A stretch of 64,000 nt of DNA from Candidatus Latescibacterota bacterium (GCA_965204375.1 OZ241986.1:1568001-1632000), one strand, 5' to 3'; counted from the first letter of the stretch, positions 47,374 to 57,874 are shown. Numbers and translations: made by a program. The notes: generated by a model from the sequence alone, not told the origin.

Positions 47374-49128
47374 ATGCGCAGGAAAATTGGTCGAATTTTG
47401 GCGTGGATTGGTGGGATTACGGTTGGGCTGGTCGTCCTGACGATCTTATCAGTTGTATTGCTATCTGGCGAAGATCCCGTGCCCGATCAAGTGATTTTGG
47501 AGATCAACCTGGAGCAGGGGGTTGCGGAATATGTGCCAGAAGATCCGTTTGCAAAATTGTTTGCCGATGAGATGCGCTCGCTCCGCGATGTGGTAGGTGC
47601 TTTAGACGCAGCGGCTTCGGATGACCGCGTTTTGGGATTGCTGGCTCGTGGGGGCGGAGCACCGATGGGCTTTGCGCAGGCACAAGAAATAAGAGATGCG
47701 GTTCTGGATTTTGGAAAAAGCGGAAAACCCACCGCGATTTTTGCCGAGACATTTGGCGAATTCGGATCGGGAAATGTCGGATATTATCTGGCGACAGCAT
47801 TTGAGCATATCTATCTTCAGCCCTCGGGAGATGTGGGTTTGATCGGACTGGCAATGGAGCATCCCTTTGTGAAGGGAACATTGGATTCGCTTGGGATTGA
47901 CGTGCAGATGGATCACCGGTATGAGTATAAAAATGCGATGAACCTATATACTGAAACCGAATTTACAGACGCACACCGCGAGGCGAGTGAGGTACTTTTG
48001 AAGTCGATGTACGATCAGATGGTCCTGGGTATTTCACAGGGGCGAGATACAACGCCCGAAGCCGTGCGCGATCTCATTAACCGCGGACCTTTTTTGGCCT
48101 TATCTGCCCATGCCGAAGGCCTGGTGGATAGCCTGGCGTATTGGGATGAGGTGCGCGATCTGGTGAAGCGCGAGCATGGCGAAGATGCCAAATGGTTGGA
48201 TATAAAAAATTATCTCAAGCGTATCGATGAAAAGCCTTATGGCGAAGGGACAAAGGTGGCGTTGATATACGGCGTGGGACCTGTGCTTCGCGGGAAGAGT
48301 GCCTACGATCCCTTATATGGGTCTGCTACAATGGGCGCGAGTACCTTGACCAAAGCTTTTCGCGATGCTGTGAAGGATAAGGATGTACGTGCAATTTTAT
48401 TTCGAATAGACTCTCCTGGTGGGTCTTACGTTGCTTCTGATGCGATCTGGCGCGAGGTTGCCAAAGCTAAGCAGACGGACAAACCCGTGATTGTATCAAT
48501 GGGCAATGTGGCCGGTTCTGGAGGATATTTTGTGGCGATGAGTGCCGATAAAATTGTGGCGCAACCCGGTAGCATCACGGGATCCATTGGGGTATTGGCG
48601 GGAAAGTTTGTGACAACTGAATTTTGGGAACGCCTGGGTATGACCTGGGATACGGCGCAGGTGGGTGAAAACGCTCTGATATGGGGCACGGGTGCAGAAT
48701 TTACACCCGAGCAATGGACGAAATTCCAGACGTGGCTGGATCGCATTTACGAAGATTTTACGGCAAAAGTTGCCGAGGGTCGCGACATGTCACAGGCTGA
48801 TGTTCATGCCGTGGCAAAGGGACGGATCTGGACCGGTGAAGATGCCAGATCGCATGGCCTGATTGATGAATTAGGCGGCCTGAAAACCGCGATGAGCCTG
48901 ATTCGGGAGGCATTGGAATTGGAAGCTGATGCATCTCTCAACCTCGTTGTATTTCCCAAAGAAAAGACGCTGATAGAACAGGTGATGGAAAAAGGATTGA
49001 TCCGCACGCTGAGCAATGTCGATGCGTTGGCGAGACTCACCACAGAGTTGCAACCCGTTTTTCGCTTTGCGCGCACAGTGGGACAGCCACAACAAGTTTT
49101 GGAGATGACACCCGTGGATATTCGGTAA
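47374..49128 (+). CDS. sppA: Signal peptide peptidase SppA, 67K type
   Basis: Two S49 domains; YKNA, RIDSPGGS, SGGY, TGSIGV, GRIWTG. Confidence 0.93.
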   Translation: MRRKIGRILAWIGGITVGLVVLTILSVVLLSGEDPVPDQVILEINLEQGVAEYVPEDPFAKLFADEMRSLRDVVGALDAAASDDRVLGLLARGGGAPMGFAQAQEIRDAVLDFGKSGKPTAIFAETFGEFGSGNVGYYLATAFEHIYLQPSGDVGLIGLAMEHPFVKGTLDSLGIDVQMDHRYEYKNAMNLYTETEFTDAHREASEVLLKSMYDQMVLGISQGRDTTPEAVRDLINRGPFLALSAHAEGLVDSLAYWDEVRDLVKREHGEDAKWLDIKNYLKRIDEKPYGEGTKVALIYGVGPVLRGKSAYDPLYGSATMGASTLTKAFRDAVKDKDVRAILFRIDSPGGSYVASDAIWREVAKAKQTDKPVIVSMGNVAGSGGYFVAMSADKIVAQPGSITGSIGVLAGKFVTTEFWERLGMTWDTAQVGENALIWGTGAEFTPEQWTKFQTWLDRIYEDFTAKVAEGRDMSQADVHAVAKGRIWTGEDARSHGLIDELGGLKTAMSLIREALELEADASLNLVVFPKEKTLIEQVMEKGLIRTLSNVDALARLTTELQPVFRFARTVGQPQQVLEMTPVDIR

Positions 49129-49139
49129 TAAAGGAGGGC

Positions 49140-49901
49140 ATGATGATTACCGCAGATTTTGAAGCGTATTTGACAGATGACTGGTATGGGCAGCAGATAA
49201 CGGTTGACGCTTTGTTGGAATGCGAAGCCGAAGCGGGATTTGAGATGGCGGTGGTAATGCCGCAGACTAGGCCCCTTCCAGATAATGATGGGTTGCTCGA
49301 CAAGACAGCGGGACATCCCCAGCTTTTGCCCTGTCCGCTCGTGGATCCACATTGGGGCGAAGAAGGAATTGCAGCATTAAAGGGTTATGTTGATCGCGGT
49401 GCTCAGGGCGTGAAGTTGATGGGGGCTATTCACAAATACAATGTGGATGACCCCATGGTCGTTCCGTTTGTTGAGACGGCGCGCGATCTGGGGATTGTGG
49501 TATCAATTCATTCGGGGCGCGACAACTGCAGTGCCGAGCGCATTGGCAATGTAGCGCGACAAGTGCCCAGCGTGCCGATTATTATGGATCACATGGGCTT
49601 TCCCGATGGATTTGACACAGCGCTTGAAGTGTGTCGTGAATGTCCCGATGTATATCTGGGCACAACGATTCTGCGATTTCACAAGTTGTGGGCCATTAAT
49701 CCCGAAGAAACCGTGCCGCATGAGGTCAAACAGGCCGTTGAAGAATTGGGGCCAGAACGGATTGTTTTTGGATCCAATTTGCCGGAATATCGCCCGATTC
49801 AGGTCAAGCGGGTAATTCAGCGGTTGGAATTGGGCGACGAGGCGGAAGCTCTGATTTTTGGGGGTAATTTGGGACGGATTTATGGGATTGAAGACGGCTG
49901 A
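49140..49901 (+). CDS. Amidohydrolase family protein (Amidohydro_2-like)
   Basis: GVKL, SIHSG, IMDHMG, RIVFGSNLP. Confidence 0.8.
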   Translation: MMITADFEAYLTDDWYGQQITVDALLECEAEAGFEMAVVMPQTRPLPDNDGLLDKTAGHPQLLPCPLVDPHWGEEGIAALKGYVDRGAQGVKLMGAIHKYNVDDPMVVPFVETARDLGIVVSIHSGRDNCSAERIGNVARQVPSVPIIMDHMGFPDGFDTALEVCRECPDVYLGTTILRFHKLWAINPEETVPHEVKQAVEELGPERIVFGSNLPEYRPIQVKRVIQRLELGDEAEALIFGGNLGRIYGIEDG

Positions 49902-50176
49902 TCGTTGGTTTGTAAGACGTGAAAAGGGCGGCCCGTGGGCACGTCCTTTTTTTATTTTTCACCTTTATCTGTGTTCACTGGTGATTTTTTTCTGATTTTC
50001 CTTGATTTTTTTTGATAAACTTGTTTAAATTTTCGGTCTTAAAAAATTAGTCGTCCTTCCCCCTTTACTCTTCAGGGTATGGACAGTTTTCGTCACGAGC
50101 CAAATCTGTGCCGATGTTGGGCGAGTGCCAACCTGAGCGCAGAGCACAGCACAACTCTCAGGAGGTTAGTTCCAGA

Positions 50177-51121
50177 ATGATTCGAGTTGAGAATTTGGAG
50201 AAGTACTACGGCGACATTCATGCACTCAAGGGCATTGATTTTGAGATTGACGACGGGGAAATCGTCGGGTTCTTAGGTGCAAATGGCGCGGGTAAATCCA
50301 CGACATTGAAAATTATGACGGGCTTTTTAGCACCAAGTGTCGGCAATGTATTTATAGACGACCTGAATATTCAGGACCATTCGCTGGATATTCGCGAGCA
50401 AATCGGCTATTTACCCGAAATGAATCCCCTGTATGGGGAAATGAGAGTGTATGACTATCTCGAGTTTATATCTCAAATTCGCGGTATAGACGCCGGAGAG
50501 TTCAAAACGGCTTTGGACCGCGTGGTTGAGCAATGTGGTTTGCACGAAGTAATTCATCTGCCCATTTCTTCGTGTTCAAAGGGGTATAAACAACGCGTCG
50601 GGCTGTCTGCCGCGATTTTGCACGATCCCAAGGTGTTGATCTTTGATGAGCCGGTCTCGGGGCTGGACCCCAACCAGATTGTGGAGATTCGGAACCTGAT
50701 TCGGGAATTGGGCCAGCAGAAGATGGTGATTATATCCAGCCATATTTTGCAAGAGATTGAAGCCACTGTGGATCGCATTGTGATTATCGATCACGGCGAA
50801 ATTGTGGCCAATGGGACGAGTCAAGAATTGATGGCGGGATTTATGGGGCGCACGCAACTGACACTCGATGTAAAATACGCCAATGAAGAGAGCCTTGCCG
50901 CGCTGACCAACAGCGTTGATGAGATCGAAGTTGCAAATATAGAGGTGGTCAATGGCCACAGTGTTCTGTCGATAGAATACGCCCGTGAGATGGATCCTCG
51001 TGAGGCGATTTTTGATTATGCCAAAAACAGTGGCTGGGCCATTTTGGAGATGACGCAAAATCAAGTTCACCTCGAAGATGTGTTCCGCGGATTGACCAGG
51101 GAAGGAGGGAACGATGAATAA
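50177..51121 (+). CDS. ABC ATP-binding protein, GldA-like
   Basis: GANGAGKST, SKGYKQRVG, DEPVSGLDPNQ; AGGAGG RBS. Confidence 0.9.
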   Translation: MIRVENLEKYYGDIHALKGIDFEIDDGEIVGFLGANGAGKSTTLKIMTGFLAPSVGNVFIDDLNIQDHSLDIREQIGYLPEMNPLYGEMRVYDYLEFISQIRGIDAGEFKTALDRVVEQCGLHEVIHLPISSCSKGYKQRVGLSAAILHDPKVLIFDEPVSGLDPNQIVEIRNLIRELGQQKMVIISSHILQEIEATVDRIVIIDHGEIVANGTSQELMAGFMGRTQLTLDVKYANEESLAALTNSVDEIEVANIEVVNGHSVLSIEYAREMDPREAIFDYAKNSGWAILEMTQNQVHLEDVFRGLTREGGNDE

Positions 51122-51827
51122 TGTGATGGCGATTTATCGCAAAGAAGTCGGCGCGTATTTCAAGAGTCCCATGGCGTATATTTTCCTAGTATTTTTCGCC
51201 CTGTTTAACGGCTACTTCTTTAGCAACACGTTCTTCTTGTTCAGTCAGTCCGATATGCGGGCACTATTTAATATTACGCCGATGATTTATCTGATTTTTG
51301 TGCCCGCGGTCACGATGGGGGTGCTCGCGCGCGAGAAAAGCGCGGGCACACACGAGTTGATGGCGACACTTCCGATTAAAAATTTTGAACTTGTGATTGG
51401 GAAGTACTTGTCGGCGTTTACTCTGGTGTTGGCCGGGCTGGGTTTTACGCTGATACATTTTTTTACGCTTCTGGCCGTCGGTACAAATATCGACTACGGC
51501 GGCGTAATCTGTGGGTATTTGGGACTGGCTCTGGTAGGTGCATTTTACGCGGCTATTGGCACATTCACGAGCAGTTTGACGGATAATCAGGTGGTTGCAT
51601 TCATTCTCGCGGCGGTATTCGTGTTGGGATTTTATCTGCTCGATAAATTGCTGATTTTTGTGCCTGCAGCCCTTGCCGGGCCCATTCAGTTTATGGCGGT
51701 TGATTACCATTTGTCCAATATGTCGCGCGGGGTTGTCGATTCGCGCAATCTGGTGTATTTCGGCTCGCTGATCTGGTTGTTTTTGGCGCTTACAGTACGC
51801 GTTATTGACATGCGGAAGTGGAGGTAG
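51114..51827 (+). CDS. ABC-2 permease, GldF-like
   Basis: YFKSPMAY, PAVTM...EK..GT.EL, NQVVAF. Confidence 0.85.
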   Translation: MNNVMAIYRKEVGAYFKSPMAYIFLVFFALFNGYFFSNTFFLFSQSDMRALFNITPMIYLIFVPAVTMGVLAREKSAGTHELMATLPIKNFELVIGKYLSAFTLVLAGLGFTLIHFFTLLAVGTNIDYGGVICGYLGLALVGAFYAAIGTFTSSLTDNQVVAFILAAVFVLGFYLLDKLLIFVPAALAGPIQFMAVDYHLSNMSRGVVDSRNLVYFGSLIWLFLALTVRVIDMRKWR

Positions 51828-51829
51828 TC

Positions 51830-53338
51830 ATGCCAATTATTGATTCCCAAAAGAGCTTTGTAATTTTTATTGTGGTTGCTATCGCGCTCGTGGCACTCGG
51901 CAATCTGGTTTCTCGCAACTTTTTCTTTCGGCTGGACCTGACGGAGAATCAGATTTATTCGCTGTCGCCATCGAGCAAGGTGATACTCGAGAAGATCGAC
52001 GATTTTTTGACTGCTAAAGTCTATTTTTCCGAAAATTTGCCCGGACAATACGGCAATACGCGGCGGTATTTGCAGGATATTCTGGAAGAATATGCCGCGT
52101 ATTCTGATGGCAATTTTCGGTTTGAGTTTTACAGGCCCGATGACGATGAAAAATTGGCGCTTGACGCGCAAAAATCCGGTATTCAGCCAGTGCAATTGCA
52201 GGTACTCGAAAACGACAAATTTGAGGTGAAGCGCATTTATATGGGAATGGTGCTGCTCTACGGCGACAAACGAGAGGTGTTGCCGGTTATTCAAACGACT
52301 ACGGGGCTGGAATACGAGATTACAACGCGAATTAAAAAACTGGTTGACGATAACCGATCGGTAGTTGGGGTGGCGAATACCGGGGCTTCGGCACCGGCAA
52401 TGGAGCGGGTGAGTGCGCGACTTCGGGAAGCCTACGACGTGCGCTCGGTCTTTTTGAGTGCCGGTGTGCCCGACGATATTGAAATGTTGCTCGTCAATGG
52501 GGTTGTCGATTCTCTTTCTGAAGATGCACTCGGCGCGCTGAGGAACTATATCAACTCGGGAGGCAATCTGTTTTTGGCGCAAAGTAAGATCAATGGCGAC
52601 CTTCAGGCGCAGCGCGGGACGCCCATTCAGTCCAATATCTTCGAGGTGCTCGAACCATTTGGCGTGAGTCTGGCTGACAATCTGGTGATGGATCGGATTT
52701 GTGGCACGGTTACGGTGTCACAGCAGCGCGGTTTTTTACGCTTTAATTCGGCGGTGGAGTATCCTTTCTTTCCCGTGTTGCAATCTTTTCCCGATCACGA
52801 AATAGTCAGTGGCTTAGAGCAAGTGCAGATGTTGTTCTCCAGCGAGATTGTTTACGATACGGCTGATTCAACGCGCCTTGTAAAGCCTTTGCTGGTCACA
52901 TCGGATCATTCGGGTGCAGCGGCCGGGTTTATCAATCTCAACCCCATTCAAAATCAGGCATTTCAATCGCTTAACGAACCGGGCAAGGTGGTGGGAGTTT
53001 ATGCGACAGCTACCTCTGATAGTTTGGAAAATGTGATGAGCCAATTGGTGCTGGTGTCGTCCTCCGATTTTCTGCTCGACAACGGAGGAGGACAGGTGCC
53101 GTCCAATGGGATTTTTGTGATGAATGCGGTAGATGTGCTCATTGGTGACCGCGACCTCGTGGCTTTGAGATCGCGTGAGATTACAACGCGACCATTGCAA
53201 ACTATGGAGGATACGACTCGAACCACGGCAAAAACCCTCAATATTGCGCTGCCCGTGCTGCTGGTCATTGTTTTAGGTCTGGTGCAGTGGCGGCTTGTGG
53301 TGGCACGTGCAAAGCGATTGGAGGCACTCTATGAATAA
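51830..53338 (+). CDS. GldG-like ABC auxiliary component
   Basis: RLDLTENQIYSLS, LEYEIT, C-terminal TM segment. Confidence 0.85.
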   Translation: MPIIDSQKSFVIFIVVAIALVALGNLVSRNFFFRLDLTENQIYSLSPSSKVILEKIDDFLTAKVYFSENLPGQYGNTRRYLQDILEEYAAYSDGNFRFEFYRPDDDEKLALDAQKSGIQPVQLQVLENDKFEVKRIYMGMVLLYGDKREVLPVIQTTTGLEYEITTRIKKLVDDNRSVVGVANTGASAPAMERVSARLREAYDVRSVFLSAGVPDDIEMLLVNGVVDSLSEDALGALRNYINSGGNLFLAQSKINGDLQAQRGTPIQSNIFEVLEPFGVSLADNLVMDRICGTVTVSQQRGFLRFNSAVEYPFFPVLQSFPDHEIVSGLEQVQMLFSSEIVYDTADSTRLVKPLLVTSDHSGAAAGFINLNPIQNQAFQSLNEPGKVVGVYATATSDSLENVMSQLVLVSSSDFLLDNGGGQVPSNGIFVMNAVDVLIGDRDLVALRSREITTRPLQTMEDTTRTTAKTLNIALPVLLVIVLGLVQWRLVVARAKRLEALYE

Positions 53339-53936
53339 TTTAAAATGGCTTCTCATCGGGATTGCAGTACTGCTGGGTCTTTACGCGCTTTTGCAGGTGC
53401 GAGAGAGCGGATATACGACCCCTACAGGCCAGGTCTTTCCCGAGGATACTGATGATATTTACAGGGTTGAAATGACGACAAAGGGCGATAGCCTGACGCT
53501 GCAAAAGAAGGATCTTGAGTGGACGATTGTCGGACACGATACCCTGAAAATTCGGGATATGCGAATCACGGCACTATTTGAACAGGTACTAAAGGTGAGC
53601 CGCGAGACCCTGATGACGGACAAGTCTGACAACTGGTCTAAGTATGCCATAGATGACGCGATGGGAACGCATGTCAAGATCTATAATGCGAAAGATGAGC
53701 TGCTCGCGCATGCGGTATTCGGCAGGTCGAGTACCGATTGGGCGCGCAATTATGTGCGGATTGGCGATGGTCCAGAAGTGTATTTGACGGACAGAAGCAT
53801 CGTCTATCAGGTCAGCACCGATGCGACATTCTGGGGCGAAAAACCCCCAGAACCCGCGCCCTCAGCGGCGGATTCTGCAGCTGTAGCCCCCGCACCTGCA
53901 ATGGTGGATTCTGCTCAAGCAGGGGATGGAGGATAG
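53331..53936 (+). CDS. DUF4340-like protein
   Basis: N-terminal TM segment, YVR...VYL motif; follows the GldG-like gene. Confidence 0.6.
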   Translation: MNNLKWLLIGIAVLLGLYALLQVRESGYTTPTGQVFPEDTDDIYRVEMTTKGDSLTLQKKDLEWTIVGHDTLKIRDMRITALFEQVLKVSRETLMTDKSDNWSKYAIDDAMGTHVKIYNAKDELLAHAVFGRSSTDWARNYVRIGDGPEVYLTDRSIVYQVSTDATFWGEKPPEPAPSAADSAAVAPAPAMVDSAQAGDGG

Positions 53937-53963
53937 ACATACAGGTAGGAGGAATAAAAAAGG

Positions 53964-56900
53964 TCAGGGTGATTTAAACCGTGGCCTTTTTTTTATGCAT
54001 CGAAAAAATCCGTAAAGACCAAAAGAGAGTGGACCGAGACCTACGACCAGAACGCGCCAGAGGATTTTTTGGTCGGAGGACAAATAGGAAAAGCCCGGCG
54101 CGATTTTTCTGCGGGCTTGAAGATCGGCAAATTGCGGGCCATGTGTGAGATAGGCAACGGCATTGAGCAGGAATTGCTCGTGTTGAAAACCCGGCGCATA
54201 GAGATACTCGTTTTTGAACATTTCAGAACTGCCGACCAGCAGCAGGTGGCCTTGGGGATTGGGAATTGGGTGCGTAAGTGTGAGATCTGGAGCATTGAAT
54301 TCAGCTATGGGAAATGTGCCTGTCACGAGTAGTGCGAGAGGCTGATGGCCCAATAGGAGTGAATCTGGGGAAAATGCGGTTTTGGGCAACCATCCGCCCG
54401 ACCAGTGGTATGCCCAGGTGCGGTCTGACGTGCTGATTAGAGGCGTTACCGTTAGATTGTGCATCTGCAACCGATGCAGGTCTGGCACAAAGCGATTGCC
54501 CCAGATCAAGAGCTGATCACCGAGTTGTCGTGTAATGGGCAATGAGGTATCAAAATTTGGTGGAACAGCCCGGATGAGAAAGGGCAGAGCCACTTCCTGG
54601 GCGTCGTATTCGCGGACTGCGCGTCGATAAATCTGGGTTTCAAGCGCGAGGCGCGAGCGGGTTTGGTCCATGAGCACTTCGCGCGCCTGTGGAATGCCCA
54701 GGGGTTCCAGATAGCGGTTGAGGTCCTGGTATTGGGGCTGAGGCCAGTACACGGTTTCAAAATCCCCACCCGAATACTGGCGCTGTTGGATATTGTAGTG
54801 TTGTAGTGCGACAATAGTGCCGCCACCTCGAGCGAGGTGCTGGCTTAAGAGGGCGATCATGGGACTGGCATCTCGGCGTGGTTGCATCCAGATCACGAGG
54901 TCGGTTTGCGGCGGGAGATGGGGTGTGCGCGGATTGACATAGCTTACGCGGTATCCATAAGTACGCAAAAGCGTTTTTAGTTCACTGAATACATCGGCAC
55001 CTCTGGGAGGCGACAGGTGTTTCTGGCGATATTCATGCGCTTCGGCGGGGGAAAGACGCGGGGATTCAACGACAAGGGTAATATGGGGCATTTTACCCGT
55101 GGATAGACGAAGAGCAGCCGTTGCGAGTAAAAATTCGAGGTGATCTGTTGTTCGGTCATCTAAACGCGGGATGATAGTCGCGCTACCTGGGCGGTACAGC
55201 AAGAGACCGCTGATGATGGACTGCGAGATTTCCACGTCATTCTGCACAATTTTCACCTGATATGGGCGCAGGCCAATGCGGCTGAGATAAGCTGTTGACA
55301 GATCTTTGGGCCGTCGAATAGTGTAGCTTATGCCGAGGCTGTTGAGTCGCGCAATGGTCTCGGTTTCTACTTTTTTTAAGGCGGGGGGAAGATGAGCGCG
55401 AGTAGGGATGATCAGATCAGCTTTGGGAATTTGATTTTGAATTTGCTCCCGAGAAAATGGCAAAGGAGTATGTATTTTTTCGGCTGTGAGGTCGAGTAAT
55501 TGGCCCCACTGGTAGGACCAGAGGGGGGAGGCAATAATCAGCACCGCTATCGCAATACATGCACGTAAGGAGAGATGTCCAAAAGATACGCGCATCTGTC
55601 TGTTATAGTACAAGCACACGCCCAGGGTGAGGAGGATCAAGGGGACAACGAATACGACACAGACACGCCAGATCACGCGCGAAGTCGCGCTTAGTTGTGG
55701 TATTGGCGGCGATGATGGTCTTTTAACGCGACCGCGCACAATGCGATCGTGGTCGGTGAATGTGTGCATGATTGTCTGAAGAAAGACGCGATGGGCGTAG
55801 TTGGGTTGATTAAATATGCCATCGCGAAACGGGCTGGACGTTGCGAGCACCAGAAGTTTTCCTTTCCACGGATCTCGGTGCCTGAGACGCAGCATCACAT
55901 TTTGTTTTCCTATTGTGATTATTTCCTTCAGGTGGATGTTTGTAAATGGCTCTGTTGGAAGGGGTTGTATATACGTATTATCCGTGGTTGTGCCCAGAAT
56001 ATCGAGGTGATAGTCGGATACCGCACGCGAATCGACTGTTAGAGCACCTGCCGATACAAAATTCAGCGCGCCTCTGGCTGGTGATAAAAAGCCTTTGAGG
56101 TCGTAAAAACCCGGCATAACGCGCAGGTGAAAGGGGGCATTGATCTGGTGGATTTTGTTTTTTGCATCGCGGAATAAGATCGTTCCCTGGCTCTGATCCA
56201 TCAAAAGATCGGATTGTGGGCGTATTCCCAGAGGTGCTAAAATTTTTTCCCAGGTCGCGTTGAAATATGCGCGGTATGTTACGTCTCCAGTATCATTGAC
56301 CGCGTAGTCGATGGAATAGGGGCTACCGGCAAGTACGACCGTGCGGCCTTTGTCAATCGCATTTTGAAGGGCACGGGGGTTGGCGGTTGTGGGATCAATC
56401 CAAAAGATGATATCGGCATCTGATGGAATCGCGTTGGAATCGGCGAGGGCAATATCACCCCATTGGCCGAGAAATTTTGTGAAGAGACCAAATTGTTGTG
56501 GCGCAGAGACCGCAATGACAGGGCGTGGGGGATGGGCGAGTGCTTTGAGATGGGCCAGCAGTAGATGTTCGAGATAAGGTATATCTGAGGATGTGATCCT
56601 GGGGATCAAAATTTCGGGGTGATCGCCATAAGCGATGACGAGCGAAGACCAGACCGCTTGTTCGCTGTGTTCGTCGCGTTGAATATCGCTTACATGAAAG
56701 GGGGCGACTTTTTTTTCGATGGCATAAGTACGTCCAAATTCAGAGTCGGGATCCACAATGCGATAATCTATGCGGTCAGGAGCCAGTGCCTTGAGGCGCG
56801 CGAGAAGGTTTTGCACGGGTGTTCTCACACCCATTAGATGCTTCGCGATATACGTCAGGGAAAGGGGCACTTCGAGTTTGGTATAAAAGGCTTGTGAATC

Positions 56901-57047
56901 GGTCGAAAGCGTTGCCGTCAGATGCAGGCGTCCTGTGTTCTGATTTTCCAAAAGACGACCTGTGTAAAATACCAGGGCGAGAAAAAAAAGAAAGACCAGA
57001 AGAAATTTTATCCCACTATATGTGCTGTAGTTGCTTTTCATTTGCAT
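53964..57047 (-). CDS. Large GldG-like protein with two tandem modules
   Basis: Repeated halves (LEHLL/LEFLL, LLMD/VLMD, PFHLR/PFLIR) with internal and terminal TM segments. Confidence 0.7.
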   Translation of the reverse strand: MQMKSNYSTYSGIKFLLVFLFFLALVFYTGRLLENQNTGRLHLTATLSTDSQAFYTKLEVPLSLTYIAKHLMGVRTPVQNLLARLKALAPDRIDYRIVDPDSEFGRTYAIEKKVAPFHVSDIQRDEHSEQAVWSSLVIAYGDHPEILIPRITSSDIPYLEHLLLAHLKALAHPPRPVIAVSAPQQFGLFTKFLGQWGDIALADSNAIPSDADIIFWIDPTTANPRALQNAIDKGRTVVLAGSPYSIDYAVNDTGDVTYRAYFNATWEKILAPLGIRPQSDLLMDQSQGTILFRDAKNKIHQINAPFHLRVMPGFYDLKGFLSPARGALNFVSAGALTVDSRAVSDYHLDILGTTTDNTYIQPLPTEPFTNIHLKEIITIGKQNVMLRLRHRDPWKGKLLVLATSSPFRDGIFNQPNYAHRVFLQTIMHTFTDHDRIVRGRVKRPSSPPIPQLSATSRVIWRVCVVFVVPLILLTLGVCLYYNRQMRVSFGHLSLRACIAIAVLIIASPLWSYQWGQLLDLTAEKIHTPLPFSREQIQNQIPKADLIIPTRAHLPPALKKVETETIARLNSLGISYTIRRPKDLSTAYLSRIGLRPYQVKIVQNDVEISQSIISGLLLYRPGSATIIPRLDDRTTDHLEFLLATAALRLSTGKMPHITLVVESPRLSPAEAHEYRQKHLSPPRGADVFSELKTLLRTYGYRVSYVNPRTPHLPPQTDLVIWMQPRRDASPMIALLSQHLARGGGTIVALQHYNIQQRQYSGGDFETVYWPQPQYQDLNRYLEPLGIPQAREVLMDQTRSRLALETQIYRRAVREYDAQEVALPFLIRAVPPNFDTSLPITRQLGDQLLIWGNRFVPDLHRLQMHNLTVTPLISTSDRTWAYHWSGGWLPKTAFSPDSLLLGHQPLALLVTGTFPIAEFNAPDLTLTHPIPNPQGHLLLVGSSEMFKNEYLYAPGFQHEQFLLNAVAYLTHGPQFADLQARRKIAPGFSYLSSDQKILWRVLVVGLGPLSFGLYGFFRCIKKRPRFKSP

Positions 57048-57073
57048 CCAACTGCGGACTATTATTCCGAACT

Positions 57074-57109
57074 CATCCGCGCCATCCGCGTAATCCGCAT
57101 CATCCGCGA
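57074..57109 (-). repeat. Nonamer array (core GCGGAT) at the permease stop
   Basis: Forward strand catccgcgc catccgcgt aatccgcat catccgcga; stop codon at 57100-57102. Confidence 0.75.
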
Positions 57110-57861
57110 TCCCGTTTGAGAGACAGATCGTTCATCCAGAGAAAAAAGGCACTTAGCAAGGTGAAATAGAGCACTGCGGGCAGGGCAATGATGCCGCGGG
57201 TAAAGGCACTGTAGTGCGGGGCAATGGAGAGCGATTCATAGAGCAGGCTACCGATATGATATGCGGGGGCCAATCCGTCGAGAATTTCAACCACTTTTTC
57301 GTGTCCACTCAAAACAAATACAAACCCCAATAGCACTGCGATGACATAAGCAACAATTTGATCGCGCGTAAGACCCGATGCAAACAGGCCAAAAGCAAGA
57401 AAAAATGCGCCCAGACAGAGCGCGCCCAAATAGGATGAAAAAATCAGACCGAGGTCTGGAGACCCCAGAAAGAGCAGCATGAAAACGATGGGCAAGGTGC
57501 CCAAGAGAACGATCAGGTAAAACACAAGGGCGGATAGATATTTGCCCAGTACAATCTGGATGGATAGAAGAGGCATGGTCATCAATAATTCAATGGTGTG
57601 TTGCGAATGTTCTTCGGCCCATGCACGCATGGTTATGGCCGGGATAAATGGTATGAGAAAAAAGGGGAGCAAGTCAAAATAAGGTGCCATATCGAGTACG
57701 CCTTTGAGAAAAAAGGCGTTCATAAATGTCGAACAGGACAAAAGGAGGAAAACCGAGGCATAGACATAGGCGATTGGCGCGTCAAAATAGGCATTGATTT
57801 CGCGGACAAAGATCACGCCAATGCCCCGTGCAAAGTCCTTTGGGCGCAAGCGATTGGGCAT
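57100..57861 (-). CDS. ABC-2 permease, GldF-like
   Basis: YFDAPIAY, PAITMR.WAEE, DQIVAY. Confidence 0.85.
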   Translation of the reverse strand: MPNRLRPKDFARGIGVIFVREINAYFDAPIAYVYASVFLLLSCSTFMNAFFLKGVLDMAPYFDLLPFFLIPFIPAITMRAWAEEHSQHTIELLMTMPLLSIQIVLGKYLSALVFYLIVLLGTLPIVFMLLFLGSPDLGLIFSSYLGALCLGAFFLAFGLFASGLTRDQIVAYVIAVLLGFVFVLSGHEKVVEILDGLAPAYHIGSLLYESLSIAPHYSAFTRGIIALPAVLYFTLLSAFFLWMNDLSLKRDRG

Positions 57862-57874
57862 GCGCGGTTACTCC

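Noticed and set aside
50100-50165. Glycine riboswitch suggested by CTCTCAGG
   Set aside because: The upstream GGAGA and CCGAAG core elements are absent.
51704-52582. 292-aa antisense ORF, and similar ORFs opposite the TonB receptor (60433-61269, 61519-62304)
   Set aside because: Shadow frames of well-supported genes.
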